From Octopus sinensis (lineage: Eukaryota): a stretch of DNA of 11,773 nucleotides. Under the pieces are notes generated by a model. The model was not told where the DNA came from and ran no database searches. It saw nothing but the letters and a program-made list of their open reading frames with translations. Both the position numbers and the translations under genes were made by a program. Positions 1 to 8,828 of the stretch are shown piece after piece (positions within the stretch are counted from its first letter, which is position 1; each line of letters starts with the position of its first letter). Location: contig NW_021826972.1 of NCBI RefSeq assembly GCF_006345805.1, positions 1-11,773 on the forward strand, written 5' to 3'.

Positions 1-189
1 TAGAAACAGAATGAACGATTAAAAAAATAGAAAAGAAAGAATAAAGTGCTGCACAGGTAAAAACGAAACAAAAAGGAAGTCAGAAAAGAATGAAAGAATG
101 GCGTCAAAAATGAAGATGGAAGGAAATGAAGAAATAAGGAACGTATAACTAAAGAAGTGATAAAAGCATAGAAAAACAATTGAATGAAA

Positions 190-190
<1 letters not shown>

Positions 191-248
<58 letters not shown>
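191..248. repeat. (AGT)n microsatellite
   Basis: Uninterrupted AGT triplets. Confidence 0.97.
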
Positions 249-640
249 TGAGGGGAGGAGTAGGGGGGAAAGGGAGGGAGGAGGAAGAGGGGGCAGAAGA
301 CGAGGAAGGGAGTAGAAAGTAGAGGGGATAAGAATAAAGGAGTTGAGAAGGAGACGGTAGAGGTGAAGGAGAAGGTAGAGGTGGGGAAGAGGACGTAGAA
401 GAAGAAGAAGAAGAACAACAACAACAACAACAACAAAGAACAAGAACAAGAACAAGGACAAGGAGGAGGAGGAGGAGAATAATAATAATAATAAGAAGAA
501 GAAGAAGAAGAAGAAGAAAAAGAAGAAGAAGAAGAAGAAGAAGAAGAAGAAGAAAGAAGAAGAAGAAGAAGAAGAAGAGGAAAAAGAAGAAGAAGAAGAA
601 GAAGAAGAAGAAGAAGAAGAAGAAGAAAAGGAGGGGTAAG
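249..640. repeat. Purine-rich compound microsatellite (GAA/CAA/GAACAA/GGA/AAT/GAA)
   Basis: Successive triplet and hexamer runs; long (GAA)n at about 494-627. This is the source of the poly-F/L/S ORFs in the track. Confidence 0.95.
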
Positions 641-920
641 AACAAATGATAGCAATTGAAAGAAGAATTTGAAAGATTGTTATAATTAGAAATAAGAAGC
701 GTGATGTGGGCGAAAGCGGCACAAGTCAAAGACTGTAAGGAGGCGGATGAGATAGCTTCATTCTAACGACAAGGACTGGAAGAGAATATTGGTTGGAGAG
801 AAAGTTTAAGAGTGAAGACAAAAGATACACTGATAGCTAGCTGAATTATGAAAATGGAAAAAGGAACTAAGTTCCAGTGTTGGAATACTGAGAGAAATTA
901 GGAAGAATCTTTAAAGGCGT

Positions 921-1666
921 AGGAGGACAAACAAGGACAAAGGGATAAAGTCGAATTGATCGACCCCAGTGCGTAACTGGTACTTAATTTATCGACCTCG
1001 AAAGGATGAAATGCAAAGTCGACCTCGGCGGAATTTTTACTCAGAACGTAAAGACAGACGAAATGCCTATTTCTTTAGTACCCATAAGGGGCTAAAAACA
1101 GAGAGGACGAATAAGGACAGACAAAAGGGATTAAGTCGATAATATCGACCTCAGTACGTAACTGGTACTTATTTAATCGACCCCGAAAGGATGAAAGGCA
1201 AAGTCGACCTCGGTGGAATTTGAACTCAGAACGTAGCAGCAGACGAAACACCTATTTCTTTACTACCCACAAGGGACTAAACACAGAGGGGACAAACAAG
1301 GACAGACAAACGGATTAAGTCGATTATATCGACCCCAGTGCGTAACTGCTACTTATTTAATCGACCCCGAAAGGATGAAAGGCAAAGTCGACCTCGGTGG
1401 AATTTGAACTCAGAACGTAACGGCAGACGAAATACCTATTTCTTTACTACCCACAAGGGGCTAAACACAGAGGGAACAAACAGGGACAGACAAACGGATT
1501 AAGTCGATTATATCGACCCCAGTGCGTAACTGCTACTTATTTAATCGATCCCGAAAGGATGAAAGGCAAAGTCGACCTCGGCGGAATTTGAACTCAGAAC
1601 GTAGCGGCAGACGAAATATTGCTAAGCATTTCGCCTGACGTCCTAACGTTTCTGCCAGCTCGCCGC
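921..1666 (-). mobile_element. tRNA-derived SINE (family B, Meta-domain-like): one head plus four tandem ~184-bp body units, the last 3'-truncated
   Basis: Minus-strand head has A-box-like TGGCAGAAACG and B-box GAGTTCAAATTC. Central GTCGACTTTGCCTTTCATCCTTTCGGGGTCGAT..AAGTACCAG resembles the MetaSINE domain (from memory). Unit boundaries at 1067/1068, 1252/1253, 1436/1437 and 1620/1621 (periods 185, 184, 184). Confidence 0.9.
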
Positions 1667-2354
1667 TGGCATTAGATACATATGTTTTATATAATACACA
1701 TACTCTCACACACATATAGAGAGAAAGGAGAGTGAGAGTGAAAGAGGAAATTTAGAGGGGAAATAAAGAAAATAGGGAGACGGAGGAAACAAGATTGAGA
1801 GACAGTGGGAGACAGTGGGTGACAGCGAGAGAGCATTAATGGCGTGTGTAAATAGTTAAGATAATTCGGGTTGGCAGGAATTTGTTAAATCGCATCCAAA
1901 GAAGATCTAACACTGTTTATATAAAAGTTGGAGCAACCACAACGAGCGAGATAATTGAGAAAAGACCTAAGAAATAAAGAAGTAAAGGAAAATTAGAAAG
2001 AATGAGGAAAGGAAGAAAATGAATGAGGGAGTGAAAAACAGAGGGAGAGAGAGAGAAGTGATGATATAAGGTATTGGTTCGACTTTCGTTATTAACAGGA
2101 GCAAGTGAAAGGACGTAACAAGGGAAGAAAGGTAGTTATATATGGGCTGCGTGTGCACATGCATACATATACATATCTGCATGCTCAAACACACTCCCAC
2201 ATTTGTGTGTGTGTGTGTAATAAAATCTTGGACTTTAATGAATGCCTTTTAATGTTCGTTAGCCATCGTCAAGAAAGCAGACATTTTGTTTATTAAGGAA
2301 TGTTGCTAAAATTGTTGATGCATAGATGTTTTAAGTATTTGGATGTAAGCTTAA

Positions 2355-2490
2355 ACACACACACATACACACACACACACACACACAAACAAACAAACAA
2401 ACAAACAACACACACACAATCTCTCTCTCTCTCTTTCCTTTTCTCTCAGATATACATGTATGTGTACTTACAGACATATATATATATATG
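2355..2490. repeat. (AC)n/(CAAA)n/(CT)n/(TA)n microsatellite cluster
   Basis: Directly visible simple repeats. Confidence 0.9.
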
Positions 2491-2492
2491 TA

Positions 2493-2888
2493 GGCGTAGG
2501 AGTGGCTGTATGGTAAGTAACTTGCTTACAAAACACATGGTTCTGGGTTCAGTCCCACTGCGTGGCACCTGGGCAAGAGTCTTCTACTACAGCCTCGGGC
2601 CGATCAAAGCCTTGTGGGTGGATTTGGTCGACGGAAACGGAAAGAAGCCCGTCGCATATATGCATATATGTATGTATATATGTATGTTTGTGTATATGTT
2701 TGTGTGTGTATGTTTGTATCCCCAACATCACTTGACAACCGATGCTGGTGGTGTGTTTACGTGCCTGTAACATTAAGGGTTCGGCAAAAGAGACCGATAG
2801 AATAAGTCCTGAGGTCGATTTGCTCGACTAAAGGCGATGCTCCAGCATGGCCACAGTCACATGACTAAATCAAGTAAAAAGAAGAGTA
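2493..2888 (+). mobile_element. tRNA-derived CORE-like SINE (family A), near full length
   Basis: A box TGGCTGTATGG at 2503-2513, B box GGTTCAGTCCC at 2546-2556, CORE-like GGCACC(T)TGGGCAAG, internal (TA/TG)n, AAGAGT-type tail. Homologous to 4250-4593 and 8182-8998. Lacks about 22 nt lying between two AATAAGT-like direct repeats in the 8182 copy. Confidence 0.9.
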
Positions 2889-3169
2889 TACATACATACA
2901 CACATAATACACACACATATATATGTACGTATATGTATGCATACATGTAATTATATATCTGTATATGTCTCTATGTATCTATCTCTTTGGTTGTGTGTGT
3001 GTATGTGTGTGGTGTGTGTGTGTGTGCGTGCGTGCGTGCTTTCAGTGACTACTTGGTATACATACAGAGACTTCTCCTCGACGGTGACTTGCATCTTGCT
3101 GAATGGGTGGATGGCAGATGGTAACCTATTGTACACACACTCACACACATACACCCACCTACACACACA

Positions 3170-3210
<41 letters not shown>

Positions 3211-3226
3211 TACAAACATACACATA
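2889..3226. repeat. (TA/TG/TGCG)n and (AC)n microsatellites flanking a short complex island (3040-3131)
   Basis: Directly visible simple repeats. Confidence 0.9.
3046..3120 (+). CDS. Candidate 75-nt internal coding exon, gene not identified
   Basis: Complex, GC-richer island between microsatellites, bounded by CTTTCAG| and |GTAACC; length divisible by 3. Two open frames: DYLVYIQRLLLDGDLHLAEWVDGR and TTWYTYRDFSSTVTCILLNGWMAD. No homologue recognised. Confidence 0.42.
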
Positions 3227-3605
3227 CGCAGTTTTTTGTAATCCTGAATCATCAGGAAAAAATAGAACGGGAAGCTGAGACGACGGGTGGAGGGGTAGTG
3301 AAGCGATGTCAATTCTATTCTTAGAGATAGGAACTACTCGTGTTTGGTGAATTTAAGGTGAATAAGGGCACACCGTTACATGTCACAAACTGGCAGTGGG
3401 AATAGGTCGAAGGTAAGGGAGGCGAGATATTTGAGGATGTTTACACCACTTATACCAAGAACAAAATTCAAAATTAGAATATATCGAGACTAAGTGTAAA
3501 TGTTTAAAGCATTCTACACATTTTGGTGCAGGTACACAAATATGTGTGCGCGTATCTGTATATATGTGTGTCCTTTCCGTCCTTGTTTTTGTATACATTC
3601 GCTGC

Positions 3606-3728
3606 TTTCTTCCAAGGAATCTAATGCTCTTAGCTTAAGTTTTCCTTGGGGCTGGCCAGATTGGAGTAATCTCAAGAATAATCAGCCAAAATTACGAGGA
3701 TAATCTGGTGCTTCACTGAAGAAAGAAA
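3606..3728 (+). ncRNA. Non-circularly permuted hammerhead-like motif, copy 1 (GAAA mutated to AAAA)
   Basis: GTAA-TC^-TCAAG at 3666-3676; AAAA-TTAC at 3688-3695; CTTCA-CTGAAGA at 3711-3722. Helices: TTTCTT/AAGAAA (3606-11/3723-28), CCAAGGAA/TTCCTTGG (3612-19/3642-49), GGCTG/CAGCC (3650-54/3683-87), CCAGATT/AATCTGG (3656-62/3702-08). Confidence 0.7.
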
Positions 3729-3884
3729 ACTTCAAATGACCCGTTGTTTTTTTCTATGTATCGTCTGTCTGGATGTTTTATTGTCCCTTTTTATATCACC
3801 TAGCTGTCCGGATGGATTGCGTTCTTGTCCCATTTTGTATATATATATATATATATATACGTACACTTTGGTCTTTTATATATA

Positions 3885-3930
3885 TGACGTCCTGTACCCA
3901 TATACATGCATATATGGGTACAGGACGTCA
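3885..3930. repeat. Perfect 20-bp inverted repeat with 6-nt spacer
   Basis: TGACGTCCTGTACCCATATA-catgca-TATATGGGTACAGGACGTCA. Confidence 0.97.
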
Positions 3931-4009
3931 CCAATGGTGCAAATAACATGAAATACGTAAACAGCAAGAAAAGAATGAAAAACAGGACAAGTAAACACAT
4001 AGAGAAAGG

Positions 4010-4130
4010 ACCCTTCATCGGTTGTCGGCTGTCTATCTACTCCCCATTTCGAGCATTCAACGACAATATGAATCTTCAAAGACAGTCGCTCCCGTAAATT
4101 CTAAGATGAAATTTATTATTTATGGAGGGT
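4010..4130 (-). ncRNA. Non-circularly permuted hammerhead-like motif, copy 2 (CUGAUGA mutated to CCGAUGA)
   Basis: Minus strand: TTCA-TA^-TTGTCG (4072-4061); GAAA-TGGG (4050-4043); CGACAA-CCGATGA (4027-4015). Helices: ACCCT/AGGGT, CCATAAAT/ATTTACGG (1 mismatch), GAGC/GCTC, CTGTCT/AGACAG, in the same order and register as copy 1. Confidence 0.72.
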
Positions 4131-4150
4131 TAAAGTTGGGAACAAAAACC

Positions 4151-4182
4151 CATATATATCTATATACATTCATATATCTATC

Positions 4183-4218
<36 letters not shown>

Positions 4219-4243
4219 GTGTGTGTGTGTGTGTGTGTGTGTG
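4151..4243. repeat. (TA)n/(TG)n microsatellite
   Basis: Directly visible. Confidence 0.92.
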
Positions 4244-4249
4244 TCTTTA

Positions 4250-4593
4250 AGCTCTTGTTTCAGTTTTTTTGACTGCAGACTTGAAGAATTTGTAGTTGAA
4301 CGTATCGATCTCAGTATGTAGTTTTTTAAAAGTCTGGGACTTATTCTATCGGTACTTATCCTATCTTTTGCCGAACCTAAGCTACGAGACAGTAAATACA
4401 CCACAACTGGTTGTCAAGCATTGGTGGGAGGACAAACACAGACGCAAAGACACATACACGCGCGCGCACACATACACACGTATATACATATATAACGGTC
4501 TTCTTCCAGTTTCCATCTACCAGATCCACTCACAAGGCTTTGGTCGGCCCGAGGATATAGTAGAAGACACTTGCCCAAGGTGCCACGGAGTTG
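4250..4593 (-). mobile_element. Family A SINE, 5'-truncated and more diverged
   Basis: 4495-4587 is the reverse complement of about 2561-2653. 3' motifs (TTGCCGAACC, TTGTCAAGC) are present; the tRNA head is absent. Confidence 0.85.
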
Positions 4594-4780
4594 GTAGGCA
4601 CATAGGAGACGCAACCTTATACCGATCAGCCTACGTCGTGTTTCCACCGTCTCGCTCCCTGTCCGTTCTTTGATGTTGTCCAATCACTTCTTTCCTAGTA
4701 TTTCTATACCTCGTCAGTTGGGCATATTTGTTTTTGCTTGATCATATACGCTGAGAATAGAATGTCATTGTGTCATACTA

Positions 4781-4979
4781 CAGGGTGCGGCAGAAATACC
4801 TCGCACACTTTAAACCTTCACCTGTGTTTATGCAAGTGCCAATGATGTTTTCATTTAGCTAATGAACAAAAACTGTAACCCTTTGTTTAAACAACATTAA
4901 AATTAATTGTTCATAAATCTTGTTTCTTTTTTCCATTTGTCAGCCTTTTAAATGTGGGAGGTATTTCTGCTGCACTCTG
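4781..4979. mobile_element. Tc1/mariner-type MITE, 199 bp
   Basis: TIRs CAGGGTGCGGCAGAAATACCTCGCACA vs CAGAGTGCAGCAGAAATACCTCCCACA (24/27 identical). TA on both sides (4779-80, 4980-81). Removing it rejoins the LINE frame at H-V. Confidence 0.88.
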
Positions 4980-5019
4980 TACATGAATAAGCCACTTCAT
5001 TTTCCGCCTCTTGACAGAA

Positions 5020-5332
5020 TAAAGGGGAAAAACTCCCCCGGTCATGAATGACCATAGGATTGCATCTAGAAAGTTCCCCTCCGAGGCACAAGTCCGAGCA
5101 AGGTTGTTTATGGAAAACCAGCAGTCGCCCATGCATACCAGCCTCCCCTCTCCATACCACGGATGTTATCCAAGGGAAAGGCAAAGGCCGATACAGCAAT
5201 TTATTGTAGATCATTGAAGCTGTTATGACTGACGTAGGTTACACTCCCTAGAAAGACTAACTAAATTTATGGCAAGTAACATAGAGCCGTAGTGAAATAA
5301 AGTGTCTTGCTCAAGAACACAACACACAGCCT
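5020..5332 (-). mobile_element. Partial SINE-like insertion (family C) within the RTE remnant
   Basis: GC-richer block interrupting LINE homology. Begins GGCTGTGTGTTGTGTTCTTGAGCAAGACACTT, a typical SINE central-domain start. The 3' part resembles an octopus repeat (from memory). Confidence 0.6.
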
Positions 5333-5954
5333 GAATTTCGTAATTAGTATTCTTATTAGCAAGATTTTCTTTAAACTCTTGTTAGTTCAACGGTTTCATA
5401 TGGAATGTAAAGCTTCTTTCCATAATATTTCATTACAAAGGTCATAATTTTTCAACGTCTTTGGTTCAAAACTATAACGTAGATTTAAAAAATCTATGAT
5501 ATTAAAAAAAGTTTTTTACTTTATTATTATTCTAATCTTTATATTTTTTCTTCACAGTTTTTAATTTGATAAAACCGGCGTAGTTGCTACAATCTTGAAT
5601 TTGACTTCTTTCTTTACTTCCAGCTTTTCCTTATTGTCCTTCCAAAATATACAAGCTTATGAAATTGCTTGAGATTCCTCCTGTATTTTAGTTGGATTGA
5701 CAATAATTGTTTCCTTACTAGTTAGCATTATTTTACTTTTTGCAGCTCTTATTTCCATTCTGTATCTTATTGCAGTAACATCAAGATACGTTGCAGGAGC
5801 TCTAGTTGTATCACGAGATATTGCAGTATATCTTGATAAAACTATTAAGTTTATGTCAACGGCATAACAGAAACTTATGACATTTATAACTCTTTAAAAT
5901 TTCCTACAAAACAAATACAGTAAACAAGTATAGAAAATATTCTATTAGCATATT

Positions 5955-6700
5955 CAAGAAGTTTGGTTTTTATATTACAGTAACCGCAAACAAAAGGAAA
6001 ATGAACTCTCTAGATAAAACATCAGAGCTAGCATTTGATAGAATTTAACCATATAGAATGTCTTACAAGGTGTTCTTGCATATAGATAAAAATTCTGCCT
6101 TTCCAATATATTATAATACTTACTTAGTAATATTGATATCTAATCTATTTTCAGGCAAGACAATCTGATATAAAACAAACAATTATTACAATAATGCTTA
6201 AGAAAAAGCAATTTTAAAGAACAAATCAGTGTCTTACTCAAACGCATCTTCCTTCGGCAAAATCAAAATCAAATGTAGATTGAAATTTCTTAAATCTAAT
6301 ATAGAAAAAACAGCTTAGAAACGTGGTAAAACACACTGTTTAACAAAATAGATGTCAACATCAGTTACAGCTGTAAGAAAAATGTTTGCAAGTATAATTA
6401 GTAATATTCGAGTAGCCAGTCAAAACAACATTGAATAAACTGAAAATAAGTGTTGAATAGAATAGAACTTTTTTTTCTCAACAAAATCAATAGTGAAGTC
6501 AGCCTGATATTCTTCGTCGGTACAATAGAAAAATGTATATATTAATTACATATCCAACTTTGGGAATCTAGAATGAAAAAGTTCCACAACATTGTCTAGA
6601 TATGTGTGCCATTTGAAAGACCGGCGTGTTGACCATGTTGACACCTACTGGACAATCGTTAGAAACTGCAGATCTTATAATAAGGAAAGACCACATTGAC
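5955..6700 (+). mobile_element. Second, heavily decayed RTE-like RT remnant, divergent from the first
   Basis: Collinear weak motifs: FGF (about 5962), AFDRI (6031-6045), RQD (RQG; 6153), LKSNIEKT (GLKxNxxKT; 6289-6312), LK..RVDHVDTYWTIVRN..RP (6613-6693; compare WAGHV..DxRWT..GRP). Motif spacing is shortened, implying deletions. Confidence 0.5.
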
Positions 6701-6941
6701 AACACTGCATAGCAGGAAAGCACAAGACACAAAGATGCTTCAAAATGCCTTTACTAAACATTCTACCTGACGAATTGTAACATTAAAATAGAATCAGATT
6801 GAAATAGTGAGCATAAAAAATAGGTCCAACCGGTTGTGTACAAAACACCGTCCCTAAATGTGCTTAATGTGTGTGTACTGTGTATATAAGTGTGTGCACA
6901 TGTGTGTACGAGTGCATGTATACATATAGGTGTATATATAT

Positions 6942-7358
6942 AAGTCGACGAGCTGGCAGAAACGTTAACGCGCCGGGCGAAATGCTTAGCGGTATTTTGT
7001 CTGTCGTTACGTTCTGAGTTCAAATTCCGCCGAGGTCGACTTTACCTTTCATCCTTTCGGGGTCGATAAATAAAGTACCAGTTTCGCACTGGGGTCGATG
7101 CAATCGCCGTAATCCTTTTGTCTGTCCTTGTTTGTCCCCTCTGTGTTTAGCACCTTGTGGGTAATAAAGAAATAGGTATTTTGTCTTTCGTTACGTTTTG
7201 AGTTCAAATTCCGCCGAGGTCGACTTTGCCTTTCATCCTTTCAGGGTCGATGAATAAAGTACCAGTTTCGCACTGGGGTCGATGCAATCGACTTAATCCC
7301 TTTGTCTGTCCTTGTTTGTCCCCTCTATGTTTAGCCTCTTGTGGGCAATAAAGAAATA
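6942..7358 (+). mobile_element. Family B SINE: head plus two 184-bp units, flanked by an 18-bp target-site duplication
   Basis: Units 6991-7174 and 7175-7358. TSD ATATAGGTGTATATATAT at 6924-6941 and 7358-7375. Confidence 0.92.
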
Positions 7359-7599
7359 TATAGGTGTATATATATTAAACTTTGATGCTCTATCAATCTG
7401 AAAAGTGCTGCAGAATATTAAAATTTATACCAGTTATGAAGTTGTTCAGTGACTCAGAAACAATTTTTTTTTGCGAATATAGCTCTTCTCTTCCTACGAA
7501 TTTTTGACTCGATGCCAATTCGGCAAATAAAAATAATTAAATTGATTGACTAACACCCTGCAACAACGAATTCGAGTACTGTGGTAGTTCTGCATGAAA

Positions 7600-7775
7600 C
7601 AGTTGCCAAATCTCCCTCAAATGATACTTTACAGTAATAAAAAAAAAATACTTTGAAAAATGCACTCCCATGTTCACTACACATAAGAACAGGAAGAGAT
7701 AGTTAAGAATAGAATGCTTTTGATCATAGATCTGCGCGGTTTAATTAACTTAAGGCTAAACACCAGGAACAAAAG
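7600..7775 (+). mobile_element. Possible old SINE 3' fragment
   Basis: TTGCCAAATCTCCCTCAAAT...GAATGCTTTTGATCATAGATCTGC...GGCTAAACA resembles the end of an octopus repeat (from memory only; no second copy in the window). Confidence 0.35.
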
Positions 7776-8510
7776 CAAAACCTTCCTATAATTTCTATTT
7801 GTAGTGGACGAGATCAACAAGATACAAATGTTTTGGCCGCAGGAACAAAACGGCATCATTGAAATTATATATAAAATACAATAAATAATTGGCTAAAAAT
7901 CTTATATTTCAGTAATTTCGTTATCAGGGTCCATAGTTTAGACTGGATACTTTCACTTCTTGGGCGATGTTTTTTTGTAGGAAAAAGATATGATTTGTGG
8001 AAATCCTAGCTAATATTCTTGAGCTTCAATGCATTTTGTAATTTTATCTACCGCTTTTACCTTCTTTTCCTTTGCGTTTCTTTATATATTTATTTATTAG
8101 GATTTTTTGGTAGTTCTTATTTTTTGGGATTCTTTTTTTCTCTTCAACGTTTAACGTGGTTATTGTTGTATTTAAGTTGTATTTACTCTTTTACTCTTTG
8201 CTCTTTTACTTCTTTCAGTCATTTGACTGTGGCCATGCTGGAGCACCGCGTTTAGTCGATCAAATCGACCCCAGGACTTATTCTTTGTAAGCCTAGTATT
8301 TATTTTATTGGTCTCTCTTGCCGAACCGCTAGGTGATGGGGACTTAAGCACACCAGCATCGGGTGTCAAGCGATGTTGGGGGAACAAACCAGACACACAA
8401 ACTTATACACCCACCACACACACACCACACATATATATATATATATATATATAATATATTATATATATATAATATATATATATATAATATATATATATAT
8501 TATTTATATT

Positions 8511-8761
8511 TGAATAGTTGAATGATTATCTTATTATGGATAATTCGAAAGATAACCGATACCGTCCATGGGCTCCTTGAGGCGGTCAGCTAAAAGTTTT
8601 TTGTGTGCATTTTGATGTCGACATAAAGTTCCTTCATTTTCCTGATGAGAAATCTGCATAATGTACTCCTTATTCCTTCAGAATTAAGAATATGGCAGCC
8701 TCGAAACATATGTCGAGAATAAAGGATATTTGTTAACTAGTCGTTTCAACTCCATTCTTTC
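8511..8761 (+). mobile_element. ~250-bp hammerhead-carrying element embedded in (TA)n (Penelope-like pLTR or retrozyme-like)
   Basis: Flanked on both sides by long (TA)n; absent from the other two family A copies; imperfect inverted ends at 8512-8528 and 8738-8757. Confidence 0.7.
8630..8726 (+). ncRNA. Type I hammerhead ribozyme
   Basis: Stem I TCCTTCATTTTC/GAGAATAAAGGA (11 of 12 paired, one GU); CTGATGA at 8642-8648; stem II GA/TC plus CTGC/GCAG with a long insert; GAAA at 8703-8706; palindromic stem III ACATATGT; GTC^ at 8712-8714. Confidence 0.85.
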
Positions 8762-8766
8762 ATATA

Positions 8767-8828
<62 letters not shown>

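Larger units (their letters stand above)
3570..4150. mobile_element. Two convergent non-coding repeat modules joined tail-to-tail, possibly Penelope-like pLTR or retrozyme-like remnants
   Basis: Each half reads: permuted hammerhead-like fold, T-rich stretch, terminal TGACGTCCTGTACCCATATA. The pair is bordered by TA/TG-rich sequence. Class assignment is inferred from the known hammerhead and (TA)n association of Penelope-like elements. Confidence 0.55.
4595..5900 (-). mobile_element. Decayed RTE-clade non-LTR retrotransposon (RT motif C to C-terminus), interrupted by a SINE and a MITE
   Basis: Manual minus-strand translation gives collinear RTE-like motifs: YAVDI (YADD; YAVD at 5855-5866), YRMEIRAAKSKIM (YGMEISAEKTKLM; 5726-5764), FVMKYYGKKLYIPY (5398-5439), VKRRKMKWLIHV (VKRRKLxWYGHV; 4980-5015), *LDNIKERTG (WxDNIKEWTG; 4657-4686). 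Stops and frameshifts throughout. Confidence 0.85.

Noticed and set aside
19-729. 236-aa and 168-aa minus-strand ORFs
   Set aside because: Homopolymeric translations of triplet microsatellites.
921-1666. Array as a CRISPR or hammerhead retrozyme
   Set aside because: Whole units repeat with no unique spacers; no CUGANGA core was found on either strand.
3716-3740. Minimal type I hammerhead CTGAAGA-AAG-AAAA-CTT-CAAA
   Set aside because: No GAAA, stem III or stem I partner downstream; the permuted fold explains the motif better.
1967-4683. Many 60-156 aa ORFs rich in C/V/Y/I/H/T
   Set aside because: They span dinucleotide repeats and SINEs. Only the 3046-3120 island and the DNIKERTG LINE relic look coding-derived.
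5550-5867. Plus-strand acceptor-like site and ~64-codon hydrophobic open frame
   Set aside because: It is the antisense of the RTE RT remnant.
5850-6250. Twin-priming 5' inversion of a single LINE
   Set aside because: The plus-strand remnant appears to continue past motif C to its own C-terminal motifs, duplicating regions present in the minus copy, so two elements are more likely.
6991-7175. SINE unit reading as a GT...AG intron
   Set aside because: No pyrimidine tract next to the junction AG, and the terminal unit does not end the same way; probably coincidental.
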